The notes: a model not told the origin generated them from the sequence alone. A stretch of DNA of 58,666 nt, filler included, from Ionaspis alba (GCA_964255285.1; 5 parts of 5 records of this genome joined end to end with filler, not necessarily neighbours in it); one strand, 5' to 3'; counted from the first letter of the whole stretch, positions 13,554 through 27,642 are shown. Numbers and translations are program-made.

Positions 13554-16283
13554 AAGTACCGTGCCGTGGACGCGCTTCAGGAGGCCAATGGGAGATCATG
13601 TTCAGGCACACCTAAACGCAGGTTGGATCAGTGCGCATACGCTGATCCAGACTTCGTTCTAATGAAAATTGTGCCTCGTCTTGCACCTTGAGCGCGTTGA
13701 TGCCTTAGCTTGATATTCTCCTAGGTACTGTCGTTCTCTTGTGCCGATTCTCAGGATTGATTCATAACACCAACGTCAACGAAAAACGCCTGCACTCGAG
13801 AGAGCGGCTTCCACTTTCCCCAGTGGTTCCATGTTTTGCGCTTCTATCCGCCAGGCACAGTCACTTTCGAGATGTCCGTCGGCTCATTGACGCTTAAAGG
13901 GATGGCCGTGTGTCTGGTTAACCGAACTTTAGCCGCACTCGTCGAGGCTGTCCAGCATAATTCGAGTCTTTGATCGCGGACCTTCTGGAGAACCCATCGT
14001 ATGCTAAGCAGTTATTGCCGGCGCTACCAACGAGTCCCGCTTCGCTCTTTTTCGTACCTGACAGTGCACCCTGCGGAACTTGCGTAATGCCGCATGGCAC
14101 GACGCTCTTGAATAGGACCACGTACGTTGGCAGCCGGAAAACACGCATAGCTAGCCGACTCTCGGTATTCTGAAGCAAGGAGAGGCAGCCGAGTTTTGTG
14201 TGCTTCGACGTTCAGATCACCTCGTGCTCCAGGGCCGATGATCTTCCATGTTGAGGGCGTTCACAAGCGTAAGATGCAGACAAGGGTACTTGCCGGCTTT
14301 TCCAGCGGCCATTCCTGCAGCCTCCGTGATTTTTGCAGCAATACTCGACATGGCTGCATGGCTCCAAGTGGTAGACCTCCATATGGATTCATGCTTGATC
14401 TAGTGCTACGGCTTTCTTCACAGGCATTCGGCTATAGCTCGTGGGAAGAGTTTTTAAAATTATACTCGATTGTCACAACGATGTCATGGGTTCGCCGTCA
14501 TCATCAGCTCCTTTCGCAATTCATTGATTGTTCACTTTACTGAAAATCCTGCAATGCATAGATATATCCTTTTGTGGCAATGAGGACCTCAAGACGATCG
14601 TTCCAGGAGGCTTCAGAGAAGCGAGAATTCTGCCTGGCCGTGCTCCGTGTATGGTATACATATTCCATTATTATTATTTCTATGATATATTTGTAGCCTT
14701 TATCCCCACATTGTGGAACAGCCTGATCTACTGATCGACTTCGCAGTCGTGGACGCTCGCAGCGGAGTGCAATGCCAACACATATACTTCACGTAAGTGA
14801 TCTAACATCCACAACGGGCGTATATGCAAGTTAGGATAGTGCGCCCATTCATCTGGGTTCGGAATTACGCAAACGAGTGTGCAACGGGCCGGAGTATGCG
14901 CTTTCACGTTCTTACCTCTGCCGCATCATTGGCGCGTATATCGCGACTTTTGCGGTAGGGCCGCCAGATGATCCAGTCATAAGCGATCGCGTATTTCTTA
15001 GAGCCTCCTCGAATCTGGACCCCAGGATAATCCTTGAATAGCCATGGCAAGATCGGTGATCTCCGGTCCTGGATACGATCGTGTCGTGGAATTCCTGGCT
15101 TCTGCTCTCCCCACCTGCTATGTCACAAGAAGACCGGCAAAACCCCTCGACTGTGATAGCCGTATTCTTCCGAATTGGCTTCCCCAAGACATTCGTGCGC
15201 AAGCGGTGATATAGAAGATTCAATCAAGATCACAGACATATGCGCAGGTTCGACCAGACTCCTGAAAGTTGTATTCAGCTTAGTCCGGTCTGTTTGCTCT
15301 CAGCTTTGACCGCCGTTTCGAAGGCCGAGTCTCCAACTGGTGGTCGAATTCGTGCTCCACCAAATCTTCAGTCGAGGTCCAGCTTGCGCTTAAGTTTCGG
15401 AATTTTCCTCGTAAGGGACTGACTTCACCCAGGCGTTTAAAGTAATTCACGCTCTGTCATCAATAAAACGTATTTCTCAACAACAGGATCGTGGCTGTGT
15501 TATCTCGGACAATTATTTTATCAAACGAGGCAGTCGTTCCTTGCTAATGCTTTCGTCGTGTCCTACTGTTTCACAAATGTTCCGACCTGACTGCCTCCAT
15601 CCGCCCAACCGTCGAATGAAACATACTCGCCCGGTATAGACGACAGATATCTTGCTCCCCGAAGAATGGTGGCTATCGACTATGTTCCCTCCTAAGCAAG
15701 ACTTGGAGCTTACGATTGCAGCGGAACAATGTCGACAACTCTGATGGATAGACGTAATGCGAATGCGCTAATAAACTCTAGGATTCCCTTTATCTATGCC
15801 TTCTCGTACTTTGTTGTCAAACCTGTCGATCACTACGAAAGTTGCAAAAAGGGTTTGCCAATTCTTCAATATCATCTCTCATCTTGAATACTCGAAAGAC
15901 CAATCAGCACTATCTGATTTAGACTCCCATATTTCTAGCCTTTAACACACTCACTCCATCGCTTCGAAGCAACGATTTTCATTCTTTCTTTGTTTCTGGA
16001 TCAAGTCTCCACTTGCCGTGTTCCTTCCAAAGCCTTGCTCTTAGAAGCAGCCGTTTGATATCTCACTCAGCCTTACCGAACCTAAGTTACTTCACAGTGT
16101 CAAGTGCGGACATTAGGCTCTTGACTACGAACTACCACAGTCAAGTAAGGCCTTGTTATCCTGGGATCTGGGACTCCTTGCACGCCTTGGTCCCGAGAAC
16201 AACCTGCTCCGAAGAAGGCTGTTCTATTACCAACCTAGCTCTACCACATGCCATCTGCCATAATTCTGGACTCTCGTTTCAGT

Positions 16284-17982
16284 ACAATGCAAGTCGAAAG
16301 CCCAAGGTCGCCTCTGGACTGTCAAGTTCTCTCTTTGCACCTCCCGCACCCTTCGAATGGGGAGCCTTCGAGAAGCAAGACGTCTCATTATTCCTCGTCT
16401 ATGTCAAGTTCCTCCTCGTATGGCCACTCTCCACAGCACCACCAGAGACCAGGAACTGGTCAGCAGTATCTAACGGGTGCGGCCCGCCTTTCCTCGGGAT
16501 CTAGTGGTCTTGGTCCAACGAACCACTATTCAAGGTCCTCAAATTCTCATCTCCTATCCGAGCCTCCCGGAGATGCCCATTCAAGAGCTACCCTACGACA
16601 TGGCGCAGAGGAAACAGCAAATGATGACACATCATCAGCTACCCAGGAATCGCCTAGCAGCAGCCATCTCACAATGGGCTCTCCGGGTGTTGCCCGCAGA
16701 GCAAAAGCCCATGTCCCTTCGGCATGTGTCAATTGCAAAAGAAAGCACCTGGCATGTGAAACCCGTCGTCCATGCAATCGATGCCTTCAGGCGGGGAAAG
16801 AGGTAACATTCACCCGGCCAACCCTTCGAAACCACAACTAATTCTTTTCGTTGAAAGGCCACATGCATCGACGTCCAACACAAGAAGCGTGGTCGGCCAA
16901 GACTGCGCGATGAAGAGACAGGCCGAGGTGGCAATTATTCAGCCGAGTACTCCCATCCGCAACTCTACCCAGCATCCGACATGCATGCCCTGCAAGGATC
17001 TGACGCACGCGCTCAACCCAGAACCCTGTCCTATCGTGAGATACGGTCTCATCCTGATGCTATGTATGGCCAAAGCTCCACTCCTAGCTACCCGCCGTTA
17101 CAGCCTCTCCATGATACGAGTACAGTCGCGCCTCTACCGACACTTCCAGAGACCACTCCCATCGCGCTCCTCTCCCTTGACCTCGTCGTCCTCCGCTCCA
17201 ATTACGCCTTCAGCGATGCACTCTCTCTTCACCCTAACACCGAAGGCCGCTCGCTCATGGACCTCGTCATCGCCTCGGAGCGCGAAAAATTGCAGCGCCT
17301 GCAGAACAGCCTGCGTGCCGAGCTCAATGACACCACGCACCTACCTCCGCTCCGCAGTACACCTCCCCGCCACCAATCTTTCGACCTGACCTCAACCGCC
17401 GGGTTTCACCCTCGCTCCGAGTACTGGACCTTCCGGCTTCCCGGAGAACAATCCCGCGGCTTCCCGATCTCCATATCTCTCGCGCGTACAACAACCTACT
17501 TCCTAGTCCTCACTCTAGTAGCAAGTGCCACGCCCGCACCCGTCCTCCCCTCAAGCGGTTCCGCCTCTTCTTGGATATCGTCCATGCCGTCTACAGCACT
17601 ACCACCTCCTCTCCAATCCCCAACCTCCAGCTCCCCATACCAAACAAACCCCGCTTATCATTCCTACCACACCAAGCCTGTGGCCAGCGATGGCCGCCAG
17701 CATCTCCTGCAGCCTGCACGTGGCCACGATCTCACACAGTATAGGCAGAACTCGCCGCAGAACGAGAGTACGACGAGCCCGACCGTGGGCTCGGCTAGGG
17801 GATCGTTGTATGAGGAGGATTCGAGGGATAGGCTTGGGCACCTGCGCTTGCCTCCGATCAGGACGAGTGGGATTGACCAGGGGGGAAAGGAGAAGGGAAA
17901 AGGGAGTTCGGCGAAGGGGAGTCCGCAGAGTGGGAAGAGGAAGAAGAGGAGGGTTGTGGATATTGGAGACATGTTAAGGTGA
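16284..17982 (+). CDS. Zn(II)2Cys6 transcription factor, 2 exons (intron 16803-16857); start may be 16248
   Basis: Spliced CVNCKRKHLACETRRPCNRCLQAGKE/ATC gives CX2CX6CX5CX2CX8C, followed by KKRGRPR; central PAS-like segment; basic C-terminal NLS (KRKKRR). Confidence 0.9.
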
Positions 17983-18174
17983 TCGAATGAGAGGTTTGTG
18001 CCGAGTTTGTGGTGGAAGTGTCGGGTTTGGAAATGGAAACAGAAAACGTCGGATAGCGGATTTCGGAGCCAAGTGTGTGTGTAACGTGAAGTACAAGCTG
18101 CACTCGATTGTGTTTTATAACGTGATTGTGTAGGTCTTTCGATTGTGTTCTTCACGACTATAGATGGAATGGTT

Positions 18175-18274
18175 NNNNNNNNNNNNNNNNNNNNNNNNNN
18201 NNNNNNNNNNNNNNNNNNNNNNNNNNNNNNNNNNNNNNNNNNNNNNNNNNNNNNNNNNNNNNNNNNNNNNNNNN
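18175..18274. other. 100-N scaffold gap flanked by a duplicated ~55 bp sequence
   Basis: ACGTGATTGTGTAGG...GGAATGGTT occurs at 18120-18174 and again at 18275-18329, the pattern of an unmerged contig overlap. Confidence 0.9.
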
Positions 18275-18959
18275 ACGTGATTGTGTAGGTCTTTCGATTG
18301 TGTTCTTCACGACTATAGATGGAATGGTTATTTGCTTACGTTTGATATATATGATTGCCATGACATAGACAGCTATTTACCAGTTACTATTGCTGCGTTC
18401 GTTCTCACTTCCACCATCATCAAAGGTCTTCTCATTTCTCTAATTCCAATGCAATGCTCTCGATTTGTGGTGGGTTTGGCATTGCTCAATCTCATAAGCC
18501 TTTGATATGACTATTAATTCTGGCAAGGTTGGACCCACCATCGAGCTGTTTTGATAGAGTGACAATTCCGTTCCTCCGTGGGGAATCTTCGAGTGACCTT
18601 AAATATCTCCACGGCGTTGTCTGACTCTATTACCTTTGTTCTGCTGTTGTAAGCGCCACCGAAAACCTTGCCAAGAGCTAAACAAAATGGATTACAAGTA
18701 TTCCATAGTTCCACCATTTTATTGATGTGGTTTACTGTTTGCCATTTGGAACTCGAATACTTTTATAGTTACGATCAGTCAGATTGTTGCGAATCTCTCC
18801 TGAATATCTCGACAGGGCCATTCTCAGTCCTTCGTACATCGAGAGCGTCATTTGGCTCAACATACTTGGCTACCTCTGCTTATTCTCCCGCTCTCAATCG
18901 GGGCAGAACCATCACCGAGTTTCGATACCGCTCGAGTATATCTGAGCACCAAGACGATT

Positions 18960-19519
18960 AGAACATCGACGGATATAAGGCTACCAACGGCGACGCAGGT
19001 TACTACTTCGGCTGGTGGCGCGGTATTCACGTTTTCATGGATAGAAAAGACGTGGATGCCGGTATGTGAAAAATCCGCCTTTTCGGCGAAAAACCGAAAT
19101 GTGACGGTTTCGAATGGAAAATTGAATCAAAATACCCCGTTTAATTACTATCTGGAGATTTTGGAGACTTTATTTTCGCCGCAGAAAAATCTTTATCGGC
19201 CTGTATAATCCGTGACGTAGGGTTAAAAATTGCTAAAATTGTTATCGACGAGATAAAATCGTTACTGAAAATCGAAATTTAAAGTTACAGGCCGGCCCCA
19301 GATATACCTTGAAATGTATAATTTGGGAATTCCGATCTGAACGTTAAGCCCGTCCGTAGACTCAGGCCCTCTGGCGAGGTTTTGCGGATCAGGATTGATC
19401 CGTTCCTCGTCCAGGGGTCTGAGGTACTGAGGCAATTCTAGTCTTCTGTTCGAATTTCTCAACCGCATTAGTATTCGCAATCGTGGCTCGATCCGTAACA
19501 TTAACTTTAGCGGTGACAT
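18960..19519 (-). pseudogene. AT/TpA-enriched, RIP-like decayed coding remnant
   Basis: ORF 19262-19519 continues in frame as protein-like text through TAA/TAG stops (19262, 19223, 19193, 19148, 19145); locally CpA-poor and TpA-rich by eye. Confidence 0.4.
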
Positions 19520-20128
19520 CGAAGCCGTTATACAGCACAGCTCTGATAGCTCACATCAAATCATCAGTTCATATCCGTTGACTGACAATCTTTAGAATTC
19601 CTAATGTGCTGTACTTTCCCTCGCGGCATCACCCTCACCCTTCTTAAAGTACAATTGGGAGAGTTCTCAAACGATGAAGAGCAAGTACTTGGGAATCGAA
19701 CTAAGTACGGAGAAGCTATCCAATACGCGTTGTCGACCAGTAGCCACAACACATCTCTGGACCTCACAACCACAGTATCGAGAATGATCTCGGACGGTTC
19801 AAGGCCTCGAAGCTCGTCCTTCACACCAAACATCATACAGTCAATTTGATGCCCTGACCACAGAACTGTAGTGCCGTGAATTGGAACCCACTATACCATC
19901 GCTCCACTCGGGCAGTCTAGAATCGTCAATTATCAACACCGGCATGTTAAGAGGCAATCTTGGCTTTGTTTTGTATTGCCAACAACCTATCAGCGAGGGA
20001 GTTATCTCAAAAACATCACGTCATTTCTTTCGGATGAATCATACTATGGATTTGTGTTGGAATTGAGGTCTATAGACTGAAAAGGGATTGTATCTGATCG
20101 GCCTCACGGCACTCACATACACATAGTG

Positions 20129-20283
20129 TGTTAGGCAGTTAGGCAGGGCTTATATAGGCACCCACGCTAGTGCACGTAAGCAGCATTTATATTCGGCCCA
20201 TTTCGCTAGCCTGGCAAATCTAAAGAGTTACGCATCACAGCGAGGCCACCCCCAGGCTTTATGTCTGTGGTATTGTCCTCACA
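20129..20283. mobile_element. Short dispersed repeat, solo-LTR-like (copy 1)
   Basis: TGTTA...ACA termini and internal TATATA; shares ACGCTAGTGCACGT and the AGAGTTAC...CCACCCCC block with 35991-36156 at identical 60-bp spacing. Confidence 0.55.
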
Positions 20284-20309
20284 ACTTCTATCAGACGGTT
20301 GACTTAGTG

Positions 20310-23275
20310 TTATAATCTCGCACCAGTCTGGACCCTTGCTTGCCTGTGCTTCTCTAGTGAGGCTGCCTCCGCTTTCAATCCTGAAGCCAATCCTCTCTCA
20401 GTAGCACCACTATGTAGCTCCCTACCAATCTTATCCGCCAGGGCTAGCACCCTCGTACTGACCGTTTGCCCGTCCCTACGGTTCTTGCCCTCCCTTCGAC
20501 TCTTTGCGATTGTCTCAATGTAATCCCACAAACGACCTTGAGGTCTGATGCCACCATTCTCATCTCGGCTTGGCACCCATTCTGGAGAAAGCTTGATAGT
20601 GGCTGGCATCTTTGAGTCGCGGTTCTCGGACAAGGCGATAATACCTTCTTCTTTGAATCTCTGGTAGGCGTTCTTGAGCGTCTCTTTGTTGACGGCTTCA
20701 AAATAGCTAAGGTCGCCTTTTTGGAAATTAGAGAGGAATGGAAAGGAGTATGACATTGCCCACATACCTTGGTGATATAAGGTTTTGCCAAACTTTCATT
20801 TGGTTAGCATCAAAGCCTCAGCACTGTAGACACACTTGACTCACCAGCTGCGCCATCTCTTGCACCTGACTCATGCTGAGGGGTGAATTCTCGTTCTCGT
20901 CGGGCGGAGGTGTGAGACTCATCAAGGAGACTGCTCCTAACCAGGAAGCTTCGACGAACGGCCAGATGAGGAAGCAGTAGAAATCAAAGTCCTCTCGACC
21001 TTCGCAAAGTGTATTCGTTAGCTCAGATACAACATAGTCTACCAAAAAACACATACCTCGTCTCCTCTCTACGTCACTCAGCTCCACGCTGGAAGGCATG
21101 TTCTCAGAGTCACGCGTGACCCTTATCACAGAGTCGGCCTCAAGCCCTGCCAGCGTCTTCTCCATATTTTGAGCAAGACCAATGACCGGGTACACAAACT
21201 CGCCACGGAATAGATCCGAGAGGAACGAGACCTGGTTGAACAATTCGAGATAAGATATCCTTTGATTATCGGGTCCACCGCCCTGCTTTACTCGTGTATA
21301 CATTGCCACGCAAACTAGAGCTTCAGAGACAAAAAGATGTATTGTCATGTTCCTCATGAGCGACAGCTGAAAGCGATCAATGGCGTAAAAAGTCGTTTCC
21401 ACGAGTCCAGAGACTTCGCCGACAAGTCCTGGTCCAAGAACCTCAATGGCTCGCTCGACCACGACCGACGTGGGAGCACCGTAGAAATGGGCGACACGCC
21501 CGCCTTTCGCTCTGACTCTACTACTCAGCCACTCAACCCGTCTTACAAGCTCGCTCATACCAACTCCTCGGCCACGTAGAGTGAGGAGCACTGTGCCTAC
21601 AAGCGCCGTGGGCATGACAACGGATACGGCATTGATATCTGAAAGGACTTTGTAGCCAAGAGTCCGTAGTAGAAGAACTCTATTGTTTGAGTTCTGAGAC
21701 ACGCCTGTTCCGACCTGCGAAGGTAATGTGCCTCTGCGAGTTTGTTGGGCCACGATGAATTCTTTAAGGCTCCAGGGTTCGTGAAAACGGACGTCGACAC
21801 GACCCAACTTCAGTGAAAGTACTGATGACGAGGAGAGGAAGTCCATAAGATTCTCCTTCGGCTTAGGTTGACCGAGGAGTTCCGAGATATACGACCTTTG
21901 TAGATTTAGCATTAGGAGGAGACGCGAACGGCAATGCTTACTCGGTCTCGATAACCTGTTACTTCCTCGTAAGCAAGGAAAGATATGATCATATCCGGGC
22001 CTCAAGAATGATTCTCACCTTATCGTACTGCGTGCTCACGGGACAAATGATTACATCGTTGATTCTGCTAGACAGGACTGAGTCCTGACCCTTGCATCAG
22101 CCTTCAATCAGGAGGCCTAGTGGCCATCATACCATTATGAAGCTCAGAATGCCAAATTTTGGAGAAAGAAGCTTTCCTGTCCTGCGATGCCCATGAGCCA
22201 ACGAAGATAGCTAACATCACCAAAATATTACCTCGACCTTCCTCCCTCGATAAAAACCTCCATATTATAGCCACCCTGGAGCAGCGTATCGATATATGCT
22301 TGTACAGTAGTAGTATACAACGTATCCCCGCCGAAACTTCTTCGAATCCACATAGCACCTATTGTTGTCAGAGCTGAGACTGTATAGCCAGAACTCTCGT
22401 CGACATACCATTAGCTTGCAAGAACGATCCGAGGACGGGAAGCGAGAGGTTGTCGCCGGCTACAACCCCGGTCAGCCAGATCCATGTAGCTCGAAGGACA
22501 GTAATTCTCACCAACAACGGTCGGTAATGATATGCCCAAACGAAAACAAATAAGTTGTAGAGACACATAATCCACGTGCGACTTATGACATGGTAGGAAT
22601 ACAATCGACGTCTTCGTCAGAGCCGCCTTCTTCACAACCTCTCGCAGCCGTATAACTTCCTCACTAGATATGTGAATACCTATCGCAGCTGTCAGTCGTT
22701 CTCGTACCCAGCCAACGCAAATCCATAGCGCAAGCCCACCAACCTTGGTGATAAGCCCTCGTCAAAAGCTGCGTAGCAACGTAATATGCCCCCCTAATCC
22801 CCATCTTACTTTCCATCTTACAGATCATCCGATCCACCAGACCCGTGGTATACTCCCTCAGGCTCCCCACAACCTCTTCCTTCCTCCTCTTCCTCTTGCG
22901 CTTACCCTCCACCCCTGTCCCGAACAATCCTTGCCCCTCCTCTACCTGCACTCTCATCTCTGCCAGCTCCTCAATCTTCCGCACCAGCATAGGCGTACTC
23001 ATCACGTTCGCCATCATTTGCTCCGTGAAACCTTTGTAGAAAACAGGCTGCCCAACCACGTCGTCGTAGGCCCGCCAGCCGGTGCCCGAGATGTGGAGGG
23101 ACACTTCGCGTAAGAAGTCAAGAGGCGATTCGCGGAAGCGAGCCATGTGCTTGACGAGGTTACGTTCTTCGGAGCCATTCTTCTTGGGGAGAGGCTCGAC
23201 GTAGCCACCGGGGTGAAGGGAGGAGGAGAGGATTTCGAGGTCTGGAGCAATGTTTTGGGGCTTCGGATCTGCCAT
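20310..23275 (-). CDS. Glycerol-3-phosphate/dihydroxyacetone-phosphate acyltransferase (PlsB/GNPAT family), multi-exon
   Basis: Acyltransferase motifs FLPCHKSHVDY (HX4D), VVAGDNL, GAMWIRRSF, FIEGGRSRTGK, LGRVDVRF; several short GT-AG introns. Confidence 0.92.
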
Positions 23276-23471
23276 TGCTGGGAGATTGTGCTCCGGTTTG
23301 GAGTTGGTTATCGCTCTCGAGGAATCATGCTGGTCACTAGAAAATATATATCAGGAATCCAAGAGTCCGTGATTGGGTGTCAGAACTTTTACAATGGCTT
23401 GATATGCTGTAGACTTTTTGCCTCAGGGACTCAGACCCCTGCCGACCGTATGACCTCGCCAGAGGGTCTGA

Positions 23472-23571
23472 NNNNNNNNNNNNNNNNNNNNNNNNNNNNN
23501 NNNNNNNNNNNNNNNTTAATTAATTAANNNNNNNNNNNNNNNNNNNNNNNNNNNNNNNNNNNNNNNNNNNN
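23472..23571. other. Artificial contig spacer
   Basis: N44-TTAATTAATTAA-N44. Confidence 0.97.
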
Positions 23572-23870
23572 GTAGCGCCAACATAGTGTTTGCACCGTTT
23601 GTTTCAGGTTGATCAGGGCTTGGCTCCCTCCTCCACTCATCGCAACCATTCCATTCTTCATTGATCCATTCCGTCTTCTATCGTTCTGAAATTGTTTATT
23701 TGTTACGTTCTAGTGATCTTCTATGCAATGCTATTTCACAGGTATCTTAGATAGCTATCTGTTTTCGTGATGGCTTTGTGACTGTTTTGTCCTTTGATAT
23801 GATTCTCCACACAGTCTGAGCTGAAAGGAATGAGAGACTCGTCCTCTTGAACCAGAGAGGAGTTAAAGAC

Positions 23871-26259
23871 ATGGAAGATGTAATGGAGGTTGGCTTTACT
23901 GGAGCGAGAGGACTGAAGAGAAAAGCCGACGACCGTCTTGTGCCACCAACACCGAAAAGAATTAAGGTGCCATTCGCAGTCTCTTTCAAATCCGATTCCG
24001 GCTGATCGGAATCGTAGGCTTTGGACCAGAATGTTGTCAACAAGATCGCAGCTGGAGAGATCATCGTTGCTCCTATGCATGCCCTAAAGGAACTGATCGA
24101 GAATGCCGTGGATGCTGGCTCCACATCTCTAGAAATCATAGTCAAAGACGGCGGTTTGAAGCTACTTCAGATCACAGATAATGGTCATGGCATCAACGTT
24201 GGTGATCCGAAGCAGTTTTGTGTGAAGCCCTGCTGAGAAAGAGGTAGAAAGATGATCTCGAGATCTTGTGCGAACGTTTCACCACTTCCAAGCTCAAAGC
24301 TTTTGAAGATCTGACCTCTATCGGGACTTACGGCTTCCGTGGTGAAGCTTTAGCCAGTATCAGTCACATAGCACATCTTACAGTGACTACCAAAACTGCA
24401 GACTCGAGTTGCGCATGGCGGGCTCACTATGCCGATGGAAAGCTTGCACCTGCAAAGCCAGGTCAAAGTGCTGATCCCAAGCCAACCGCTGGCCGAGGAG
24501 GAACGCAAATTACCGTAAGTTGGTCCACCCCCTTCATCGAATTCAGCGTCTCAATGGGTTTTAGGTCGAGGACTTATTCTACAATGTCACTCAGCGCCAG
24601 CGAGCTTTCAAGTCTCACAGCGAAGAATATGCAAAGATCCTCGACGTCGTTGGGCGTTATGCCGTCCATTGCAGCGGTGTCGCGTTTTCATGCAAGAAGC
24701 ACGGCGATTCTGCAATGAGTATATCAGTTGCCTCAAACGCCACCACCATAGATCGCATACGGCAGATTCACGGCAGCGCTGTAGCCAACGAATTGATCGA
24801 TTTCAACGTTAGTTCCGACAAATGGGGCTTCCAGGCATCCGGCTTGACCAGCAACGCCAACTACCATGTCAAGCGTACCACAATCCTGCTCTTCATCAAC
24901 CACCGAGCTGTGGAGTCCTCTGCCATTCGGACCGCCGTCCAACGCACCTATGCGACTTTCCTACCCAAAGGCGGTCATCCTTTTGTCTATCTCAGCCTTT
25001 CCATCGATCCCGCTCGCGTCGACGTAAATGTGCATCCTACAAAGCGTGAAGTCAATTTTCTCAACGAGGATGAAATCGTGGAAACGATCACGGATGAAAT
25101 CCGCACTCAGCTCTCCAAAGTCGATACCAGCCGCACTTTCATGACACAATCCCTCCTTCCCAACAGTACCAAGACGCCTGCAGCTCCGGCCGCGTCCGCT
25201 CGCACAAAAAGCATACCCTCCACATCGCGTGCCCCATCCTCGCGCCCTGCCGACAACGCCCTCATCCGCACCGATCCCGCTCTTCGCAAAATCACCTCTA
25301 TGCTCCCACCTAGCACCACGGACTCGAATGGCGTCGCTTCTGAGATAACTTACACTCACAATCCCAAGGAACCCATCACCATCCGACTCACAACCATCAA
25401 GACCCTTCGCGCATCCGTCCGTGATGCCATGCACAGCACTCTAACCGCCACTCTCGCAGCACATACCTACATTGGTTTAGTCGATGCAACCCGGCGCCTC
25501 GCAGCAATCCAATCCGGGCCGAAGCTCTTTCTTGTAGATTACGGCATGCTGGCCAACGAGTTCTTCTACCAGATCGGTCTCACTGATTTCGCCAATTTCG
25601 GCACCATAGCCTTTGATCCCCCTCTCGACTTACGCGCCCTCGTTCAGATAGCCGTTGATATGGAGAAATCTGCCACACCAGCCTCAGCAGCAGGAGATCC
25701 ACCTACCGATTGGGCGAAGATCGTACCTGCTGTGAGCAAGCAGCTGATCGAACAAAGGGAGATGCTGCAAGAGTACTTCAATCTGTTGATCTCGGAAGAT
25801 GGGATGCTGAGTGGCATTCCGCTGCTACTGAAAGGATATATGCCATCTCTGGCAAAGCTGCCAAGGTTTCTGATGCGCTTGGGCCCATGCGTTGATTGGA
25901 CAGATGAGCAAGAATGCTTCAGGAGTTTCTTGGTCGAGTTGGCGAGTTTTTATGCTCCGGAACAATTGCCTAATGCACCTGTGAAGCAGAAAAAGGTTAC
26001 GAGCATTGCCGTGGGCGAATGCGAAGACGAGGACGGCGATGCGGAGAAGGAAAACAGGGAAGCTACAGGAAAAGGGGACAAGATGGGAGAGAAAGAGGAT
26101 CCGACTATCAAATCTCGACGAGAGCAGCTTGCGCGGATGCTGGAGTTCGTCCTATTCCCGGCCATTAGAGCCCGGATGGTTGCCACAAAGGGTATGCTAG
26201 GCGGTGTCCTTGAGGTAGCGGACTTGAAGGGGTTATATCGGGTATTCGAACGATGTTAG
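23871..26259 (+). CDS. MLH1: DNA mismatch repair protein Mlh1, 4 exons (introns 23967-24017, 24198-24247, 24515-24564)
   Basis: [59 protein letters not shown] and the diagnostic C-terminal LYRVFERC. Confidence 0.97.
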
Positions 26260-26700
26260 GTCATCATCTGCGAGCCTGGAGGACGAAGGAAGGCTAGCAA
26301 GGACTGCAAGGAGATGAGCTGCTTCGGGCTCCGGCGTGAGTCAGTCTTGAAACTCAAGCTGGAGAGGAGCTGTGCGAAGGGAACATGAGTGCACTTTGCT
26401 ATCTGTGCTAGAAATGGCAGGACAAGCTTGTCAATATCAACTATCGCTGCAACAGAGGAAGGAAAGGAAAGTAAGCTCCGACGAAGCTTCAGCATAGGCT
26501 CTTTACCACGGCCTGAAGGAATCGTTCACATTCTCAGCTCTCTCTCAAAATTCGATGTCTTAATTCATCACGCATTCGGGGCTCAACCGCTGATCTCCAA
26601 GTCGATAGTCCTCCGTACTTCTACTCTGTGTCCGGATTGTTCCTGTCTTCCCTCTGCCACAACCCGAACTCAGATCAGCCCGGGGTGCCCCTCTTCCCGC

Positions 26701-27642
26701 TCAAACCTTTGGCTCTCGGACCATACAATCTAGTTCAACCACCTTCACCCCTCTCTTCAGCGCAATCTTCTTTTTGGTCTCGAATCCCAACTTCCCATAG
26801 ATGATAGGATTGACATCGTTGCTACTTTCCAGATAGCAAGCCTGGCCCTTGGAATCCGCCTGCCCTTTAGAATTAGCCACGATTTCCAACAACACCAGGA
26901 CCATATCATGCTATCACGATATCTCCCATCGCCACCGAGGAAAGAATCTACCCACCAAGTGCGTAACCTCTTCAATACAAGCCTTCGCCAGCCCCTTTCC
27001 CCTCGCACTCTCCTTCGTGCCGATGTACACCAGATACCAAGCCTTGTCATCCCTCTTTCCAAGCACCTCCGCCTTGGTATCATGCAGCAACGGCAGGAAC
27101 TCGTCGAAGAAGCGCGTCTTTCCCTCAGTCGAGAGCTGGAAGCGCAGCCGCCACATCCCCGAGCGCAGAATGGTGGGCAGATCGTCCATGTTGCGGGAGG
27201 GCGGCATCCTATATACTCATTAGTCCCATCCCCTGACCACAGTCGTTTAGTTATCGAGACGGAGGAAATCATACCACAAAGCCACACATCCATACCCTTC
27301 CCCGGCCGTCAACACCATTCCCTTCAAGCAATGCGCATACACGATATACTCTAAGATGTTGACATGCAGTTTCCATTTCTTGGCAGCCGACCAGTTCGCA
27401 CGGTCAGGCGTGTCGATGAAGTACCGCGCGACGTCGTCTGTGGCGAAGGCTTCGGCCAGGGTTTGCGCCGCAGCTTTGTACTCGGACGGCTTGATCACGC
27501 GGACAGTGGGCGCGCAGAGGTTGGTCAGGGGCGTGCTGATGGAGGTGGCGGACGTGCTGGTGGAAGCGGTGGTTGGGTCGTCGGTGCTGGAGGTGGAGCT
27601 GGTGGTTGATTCGATGGTTATGGCGGCTTTGATTTCCTCCAT
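26701..27642 (-). CDS. GNAT-family N-acetyltransferase, at least 3 exons; the true start may lie further upstream
   Basis: AAQTLAEAFATD, CVALW/MPP, WYLVYIGTKESARGKGLA (acetyl-CoA motif A), CYLESSN and IYGKLGF. Confidence 0.85.

Noticed and set aside
13560..16240. Short ORFs upstream of the Zn-cluster gene, including a Cys/His-rich minus-strand peptide near 14220-14385
   Set aside because: No recognisable family, consistent frame or splice structure; treated as intergenic/UTR.
18120..18329. 55-bp direct repeat as an element terminus or CRISPR-like repeat
   Set aside because: The two identical copies abut a 100-N gap directly, which indicates an unmerged overlap.
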